DNA of 62,301 nucleotides from an uncultured Gammaproteobacteria bacterium (GTDB lineage Bacteria; Pseudomonadota; Gammaproteobacteria; Immundisolibacterales; Immundisolibacteraceae): NCBI GenBank assembly GCA_913060775.1, contig CAJXVN010000001.1, positions 1 to 62,301 of the forward strand, read 5' to 3'. Shown piece by piece: positions 57,106 to 62,301 of this stretch (position 1 is its first letter; each line of letters starts with the position of its first letter). The notes under the pieces were generated by a model. It saw only the letters and a program-made list of their open reading frames with translations, ran no database searches and was not told where the DNA came from. The position numbers and the translations under genes were made by a program.

Positions 57106-58413
57106 TTGGACGTTCAAACCGAGTTAGAAAGCACCCTCGAAGATAAAGGTGGCCTAAAACGCAGTCTGCGTATCACCGTCCCGGTCGAAACCGTCGACGA
57201 ACAGATTAACAGCCGCCTTCAAAAACTTTCCCATACAACGAAAATCAACGGTTTTCGTCCCGGAAAAATACCGTTAAAGGTCATTCGCAACCGGTTTCTT
57301 AGCCAGGTTGAAGCGGAAGTCGCGGGCGAGCTGATCCAGGCGAATTTTTATCGCGCCATCATGGAAAAAGAGCTCAAACCGGCGGGTAACCCGGAAATTG
57401 ATACCGACGGCGCAAAGGTTGGTAACAACTTTGAGTTTACCGCCAACTTTGAGGTATTCCCTGAAATTCAGCTCGCGGATCTCTCATCCGTGAGTGCGAC
57501 CCGCAAAAGCGCCACTATTACGGATGCGGACATCGACAAGATGATTGCCAACCTGCGTCAGCAACGGGCGACGTGGGATGTGGTTGACCGAGCTGCGCAG
57601 ACCGACGATCAAATCAAAATTGATTTTGAAGGCAGCATTGACGGTGAAGTTTTTGAGGGAGGCACTGCGGAAGGCGCCGACATTACCCTCGGCAGTGGAC
57701 AGATGATCCCCGGGTTTGAAGAGGGTCTGCTGGGCATGAGCGCCGATGAAGAAAAGACCTTCCCGGTAACCTTTCCTGAGGACTACTCGGCAGAAAACCT
57801 GGCTGGCAAAGAAGCCCAGTTTAAGGTCAAGGCTATATCCGTGAGTGAAGCGACATTACCGGAGCTCGACCAGGAATTTATCGTTTCTCTCGCCGTTGAA
57901 GAGGGCACTGTAGAGGGGCTCCGCAACAAGGTTCGTGAAAACATGACTCGCGAACTGGAGCAGCGGCTGGAGGCGCAGACAAAAGCCACTGCATTTGACC
58001 TGTTGCTAGAACATAACGCCATCGAATTACCTGAAACCCTGGTTAATTCGGAAGCCAATCAACTGGCCCACAAGGCTCACGAAGGCCACGACCACGGTGA
58101 CCATCACCATCACGATCTCGAACCACACCTGGAGGAAGCCCGCAAAAGGGTCTCCCTCGGACTGCTGTTATCCGAAATCGTCACCGTCCATGAGCTCAAA
58201 GCGGATGCTGACAAGGTACGGGCTAACATCGATCGTATGGCCGACCCTTTTGATGACAAGGAAGCCTTTGTAAACTGGTACTACTCCCAGCCGGAAAGAC
58301 TGGCTGAAATCGAGAATGTGGTGCTGGAAAATGAGATAGTCGACTGGATATTTAATCAGGTCAATGTGATTGAAGAAGAGAGCGACTTTGACTCAATCAT
58401 GAAAGCCAACTAG
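57106..58413 (+). CDS. tig: Trigger factor
   Basis: 435 aa with an FKBP-type PPIase core (IDFEGSIDGEVFEGG...GSGQMIPGFEEGL). TTG start. Conserved tig-clpP-clpX-lon synteny. Confidence 0.9.
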   Translation: MDVQTELESTLEDKGGLKRSLRITVPVETVDEQINSRLQKLSHTTKINGFRPGKIPLKVIRNRFLSQVEAEVAGELIQANFYRAIMEKELKPAGNPEIDTDGAKVGNNFEFTANFEVFPEIQLADLSSVSATRKSATITDADIDKMIANLRQQRATWDVVDRAAQTDDQIKIDFEGSIDGEVFEGGTAEGADITLGSGQMIPGFEEGLLGMSADEEKTFPVTFPEDYSAENLAGKEAQFKVKAISVSEATLPELDQEFIVSLAVEEGTVEGLRNKVRENMTRELEQRLEAQTKATAFDLLLEHNAIELPETLVNSEANQLAHKAHEGHDHGDHHHHDLEPHLEEARKRVSLGLLLSEIVTVHELKADADKVRANIDRMADPFDDKEAFVNWYYSQPERLAEIENVVLENEIVDWIFNQVNVIEEESDFDSIMKAN

Positions 58414-58476
58414 GTATCGAGCTCGACCAGTCACCGCCTTCCCTACTCACTGATATTGCTAGAAGGAACTTGAACC

Positions 58477-59106
58477 ATGACGTTTTTAGAGACCTCCGGT
58501 GCATCACCCACCATCAGCCAGGGCCTGGTACCAATGGTCGTGGAGCAGACGTCTCGTGGTGAACGTGCCTACGACATCTATTCACGCCTGCTAAAGGAGC
58601 GTGTGATTTTTCTGGTTGGCCCCGTGGAAGATCATGTGGCCAATCTGGTCGTGGCACAGTTGCTGTTTCTGGAGTCCGAAAATCCCGACAAGGATATTCA
58701 TTTCTATATCAACTCCCCGGGTGGCTCGGTGACTGCCGGACTAGCCATTTACGACACCATGCAATTTATTAAGCCAAACGTCAGCACGCTCTGTATCGGT
58801 CAGGCTGCCAGCATGGGCGCTGTTCTGCTCGCCGCTGGAACCAAGGGAAAACGGTTTGCCCTGCCGCATTCACGGGTGATGATCCACCAGCCTCTGGGGG
58901 GATTTCAGGGCCAGGCGGCGGATTTCGAAATCCACGCGGCGGAAATTCTCAATGTCAGGGAACGGCTCAACGCTATTCTGGCAAAACATTGCGATCGCTC
59001 CATCGATGAGCTAAAAAATGACACTGACCGTGACAACTTTATGAGCGCTGAGGAGTCAGTAAAGTATGGCTTGATCGACGAAGTCCTCGCGACACGGAAA
59101 GGCTAA
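58477..59106 (+). CDS. clpP: ATP-dependent Clp protease proteolytic subunit
   Basis: [18 protein letters not shown]... and the catalytic Ser in GQAASMGA. Confidence 0.95.
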   Translation: MTFLETSGASPTISQGLVPMVVEQTSRGERAYDIYSRLLKERVIFLVGPVEDHVANLVVAQLLFLESENPDKDIHFYINSPGGSVTAGLAIYDTMQFIKPNVSTLCIGQAASMGAVLLAAGTKGKRFALPHSRVMIHQPLGGFQGQAADFEIHAAEILNVRERLNAILAKHCDRSIDELKNDTDRDNFMSAEESVKYGLIDEVLATRKG

Positions 59107-59189
59107 AAGACATTTGAACGTAAAGGCAGAGACGAACACGCCGATATTCATTACAGTTGGCTGCAACAAGTAACGACAGGTAATCCTAT

Positions 59190-60461
59190 ATGAGCGATGA
59201 AAACTCCCAGGACGACAGCGAAAAACTGCTCTATTGCTCTTTCTGTGGGAAGAGTCAGCACGAAGTTCGCAAACTGATTGCAGGCCCATCGGTATTTGTT
59301 TGTGATGAATGCGTTGAACTGTGTAACGACATTATTCGCGACGAGGTTAGTAGCAGTGAGGGTGAGGAAAAGCTCAACAAGCTGCCGACACCCAGCGATA
59401 TATACAACCACCTGGAGGAGTATGTCATTGGGCAAAATAGTGCCAAACGCATACTGTCGGTGGCCGTATACAACCATTACAAACGGATTGAAGCCGGCGA
59501 ACTTGCCGATGGCGTCGAATTAAGCAAAAGCAATATTCTGCTCATCGGGCCCACTGGCTCGGGGAAGACCCTGCTGGCGGAAACCATGGCCAGAATGCTG
59601 GATGTGCCCTTCACCATCGCCGACGCCACCACCCTGACGGAAGCGGGCTATGTGGGTGAGGACGTCGAAAACATTATCCAGAAACTCCTGCAGAAATGCG
59701 ATTACGATGTTGACCGTGCCCAGCGGGGCATTGTTTATATCGATGAAATCGATAAGGTTTCTCGCAAATCTGACAATCCCTCAATCACCCGTGATGTCTC
59801 TGGCGAAGGTGTCCAGCAGGCACTCCTGAAATTGATTGAAGGGACCGTCGCTTCTGTTCCACCACAGGGCGGGCGTAAACACCCGCAACAGGAATTTCTT
59901 CAGGTCGATACCTCGGGAATCCTGTTCATCTGCGGCGGCGCTTTTGATGGCCTGGAAAAAATAATCCGTGACCGACTAGAACAGGGTGGAATCGGCTTTG
60001 CCGCTGAAATAAAAAGCACCGAAGAACAACAGGATCTGGGACAGGTTCTAGCCGTATCCGAGCCCCATGATCTGATCCGTTTCGGCTTAATTCCCGAGTT
60101 TGTCGGCCGGCTGCCGGTCATTGCGACCCTTCACGAACTTGATCGAGAGTCCCTGATCCGCATTCTCACTGAGCCAAAAAATGCTTTGACCAAACAGTAT
60201 TCGAAACTGTTTGATATGGAAGGTGTTGAACTGGAATTTCGTCAACAGGCGCTCAATGTCGTTGCTGATAAAGCGCTCGAACGGAAAACCGGTGCAAGGG
60301 GATTAAGATCCATTCTTGAACATTCCCTGCTCGATACCATGTTTGATCTCCCCGACATGGAAAACCTCGAAAAAGTCGTGTTCGACGAGCACATCCTCGA
60401 CGAAGATAGCCGGCCACTGATGATTTACGCTGACCAACCTTTAGAGGCGAGCGGCGACTAA
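59190..60461 (+). CDS. clpX: ATP-dependent Clp protease ATP-binding subunit ClpX
   Basis: Zinc finger [26 protein letters not shown] and Walker [12 protein letters not shown]. Confidence 0.95.
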   Translation: MSDENSQDDSEKLLYCSFCGKSQHEVRKLIAGPSVFVCDECVELCNDIIRDEVSSSEGEEKLNKLPTPSDIYNHLEEYVIGQNSAKRILSVAVYNHYKRIEAGELADGVELSKSNILLIGPTGSGKTLLAETMARMLDVPFTIADATTLTEAGYVGEDVENIIQKLLQKCDYDVDRAQRGIVYIDEIDKVSRKSDNPSITRDVSGEGVQQALLKLIEGTVASVPPQGGRKHPQQEFLQVDTSGILFICGGAFDGLEKIIRDRLEQGGIGFAAEIKSTEEQQDLGQVLAVSEPHDLIRFGLIPEFVGRLPVIATLHELDRESLIRILTEPKNALTKQYSKLFDMEGVELEFRQQALNVVADKALERKTGARGLRSILEHSLLDTMFDLPDMENLEKVVFDEHILDEDSRPLMIYADQPLEASGD

Positions 60462-60550
60462 TCTCCCTCCGTTTCGAAGGTTTGGTTGATTTAATCGCCG
60501 CCGTCGCTTGAATCAATCACCGGCTATCCCCACCTGATCAGATAGAGACA

Positions 60551-60584
60551 TCAGTCAATCGGCTTGCCGATTGACTGATTTTTC
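60551..60584 (+). terminator. Rho-independent terminator after clpX
   Basis: 12-bp stem tcagtcaatcgg / ccgattgactga with loop cttg, followed by tttttct. Confidence 0.8.
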
Positions 60585-60692
60585 TATAGTCCGGCCTGAA
60601 CACCTGCTCCCCATGGTTTCGCGCCGGTTATTACTCAACCCATCGCGTATTACACTGCTTTCAGATACGCGTTTTAACCCAGAGGTTCGCCC

Positions 60693-62252
60693 GTGAGTCA
60701 GGATCAACCCTCTCCGACAACCATAACGGATCTACCAGCACTGCCGCTGCGCGATGTTGTTGTGTTTCCGCACATGGTCATTCCACTTTTCGTAGGTCGA
60801 CCTCAATCGATTGAAGCACTACAACGGGCAAACCAGGGCGACAAACAGATTCTGCTCATCGCCCAGAAGGACCCGGCACTGGATCAACCCGATGAGGGCG
60901 ACCTTTACAGTACCGGCACCCTGGCCAACATTCTGCAACTGCTTAAACTCCCCGACGGCACCGTTAAAGTACTGGTGGAAGGCGTCGCACGGGTTACCCT
61001 GGTCGAATTCTCTCAGGGCGATGACTGTTTCGTCGCCACCGTGAAAACCTGTTCAGAAAAGCTACCGGACGCGGCGGATCAGGAACCGCTGATGCGCTCT
61101 TTAATTAACCAGTTTGAGCGCTACGTTCGTAACAGTGAAAAAGTGCCCCCTGAAATTATCAGCGCGCTGAACACCATCGACTCTCCGGGTCGTCTCACCG
61201 ACACCGTCGCTTCCCACCTGTCGCTGCGGCTGCAGCAGAAACAGGAGCTGCTTGAGAACACGGACATTACTACCCGTCTGCAGGCACTGATGCGGGAGAT
61301 GGAAGCCGAAATTGACCTGATAAAGGTTGAGAAGCGGATGCGCTCGCAAGTTAAAAAGCAGATGGAAAAAGGGCAGCGCGAGTATTATCTGAACGAACAG
61401 ATGAAAGCCATCCAGAAAGAACTGGGAGATCTGGATGAGGGCGGAAATGAGATCGATGAACTGGCCGAAAAGATCGAAAAGGCAGGCATGTCGAAAGAGG
61501 CCCTGGAAAAAACCAGAACTGAATTTAACAAGCTAAAAATGATGGCTCCAATGGCCGCCGAAGCTACCGTGGTACGCAACTACGTAGACTGGATGGTCTC
61601 TCTGCCGTGGAAAAAACAGTCACGAATCCGTACGGATTTAGCAGAAGCTCGTGCGGTACTGGATGCTGATCACTTTGGTCTTGAAAAGGTTAAGGAACGC
61701 ATCCTCGAATACCTGGCAGTGCAACAGCGGGTTAAGAAACTCAAAGGACCGATCCTCTGCCTGGTGGGGCCACCGGGCGTGGGTAAGACCTCACTCGGTC
61801 AGTCAATCGCTCGTGCCACACGCCGAAAATTTTCGCGCATCTCCTTAGGTGGCGTCCGTGACGAAGCAGAAATCCGCGGTCACCGACGCACCTACATCGG
61901 CTCTATGCCCGGCAAAATCGTGCAGAATTTGGCCAAGGTCGGCACTCGCAACCCCCTCTTCATGCTCGATGAAATCGACAAAATGGCGATGGATTTCCGC
62001 GGCGATCCTGCATCGGCCCTGCTCGAAGTACTGGACCCGCAGCAAAACCACACCTTTAATGACCATTATCTGGAAGTGGACTACGACCTTTCGAACATTA
62101 TGTTCATCGCCACCTCTAACACGCTCAACATTCCGCCAGCATTGCTAGACCGCATGGAGGTGATTCGACTTTCTGGATACACCGAGGATGAAAAACTTAA
62201 CATCGCAAAAGAACACCTGCTGGCTAAAACGTTAAAAGACCACGGCCTCGAC
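60693..62252 (+). CDS. lon: Lon protease, 5' partial (520 codons, truncated by adapter)
   Basis: GTG start preceded by AGAGG. The translation reads VSQDQ...LPALPLRDVVVFPHMVIPLFVGRPQSI...GPPGVGKTSLGQSIA...SLGGVRDEAEIRGHRRTYIGSMPGKIVQ. The frame stays open to the adapter junction, so it is absent from the supplied ORF track. Confidence 0.9.
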
Positions 62253-62301
62253 CTGTCTCTTATACACATCTCCGAGCCCACGAGACCTCTCTACATCTCG
62301 T
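62253..62301. other. Illumina Nextera adapter (reverse complement of 1-48 plus one more P7 base), not genomic
   Basis: CTGTCTCTTATACACATCT-CCGAGCCCACGAGAC-CTCTCTAC-ATCTCGT. Confidence 0.95.

Noticed and set aside
60507-60535. Sigma-32-like heat-shock promoter (CTTGAA-N15-CCCCACCT) between clpX and lon.
   Set aside because: It lies upstream of the strong clpX terminator hairpin (60551-60584), so a transcript from it would run straight into the terminator. It is a match to a degenerate consensus with no supporting evidence. It is kept only as a note, because lon is sigma-32 controlled in E. coli.
62081-62281. 66-aa ORF beginning [11 protein letters not shown] at the right contig end.
   Set aside because: Its N-terminus is a translation of the Nextera mosaic end (the known MCIRDR artefact). 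The rest is antisense to lon.

Overview
The contig is 62.3 kb and both ends stop in Illumina Nextera adapter (1-48 and 62253-62301), so the genomic sequence is 49-62252. Several features suggest a gammaproteobacterium: smpB-ssrA with an ANDDNYALAA tag, tRNA-Leu/tig-clpP-clpX-lon synteny, and REP elements with a RAYT transposase. I cannot name a species. Layout, left to right: (1) smpB and tmRNA. (2) An integrase-less accessory region attached to the ssrA 3' end (about 1.1-11.8 kb). It holds an MNT/HEPN toxin-antitoxin pair bracketed by a near-identical duplicate of the last ~170 nt of ssrA, a RelE/Phd-like pair, a PD-(D/E)xK/DUF5655-like gene, a type I R-M system (hsdR, hsdS, hsdM) and a DUF429 gene. 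(3) An ACAD10/11-like acyl-CoA dehydrogenase, an APH-like kinase and a family III CoA-transferase. (4) A RAYT gene inside REP arrays. (5) A three-gene lower meta-cleavage block (hydrolase, hydratase, aldolase). (6) An OmpR-type two-component system with cupredoxin, an FTR1/EfeU-like permease and a putative outer-membrane barrel. (7) A LysR regulator, then a tightly coupled five-gene operon (thermostable-hemolysin-family protein, adenylate-forming ligase, heme-oxygenase-like di-iron protein, SDR, TPR protein) with no assignable product. (8) A flavoprotein, a Gfo/Idh/MocA oxidoreductase, a Rieske oxygenase and an InaA-like kinase. (9) modABC and an LLM oxidoreductase. (10) An 18.7-kb type IV pilus / MSHA-like filament locus with non-canonical gene order. 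It has its own PrsK/PrsR-like histidine kinase and sigma-54 regulator with an ABC ATPase between them, a divergent ABC-permease/unknown/pilin unit, and a near-consensus sigma-54 promoter in front of that pilin. (11) tRNA-Leu(UAG), tig, clpP, clpX and a 5' fragment of lon, which is missing from the ORF track because the adapter removes its stop codon. The best novelty candidates are the pilus-like locus with its embedded HK-ABC-sigma54 module, the orphan hemolysin-family/ligase/di-iron operon, and the ssrA-linked islet structure. All functional calls rest on motifs read from the translations and on remembered family features; no database search was run.
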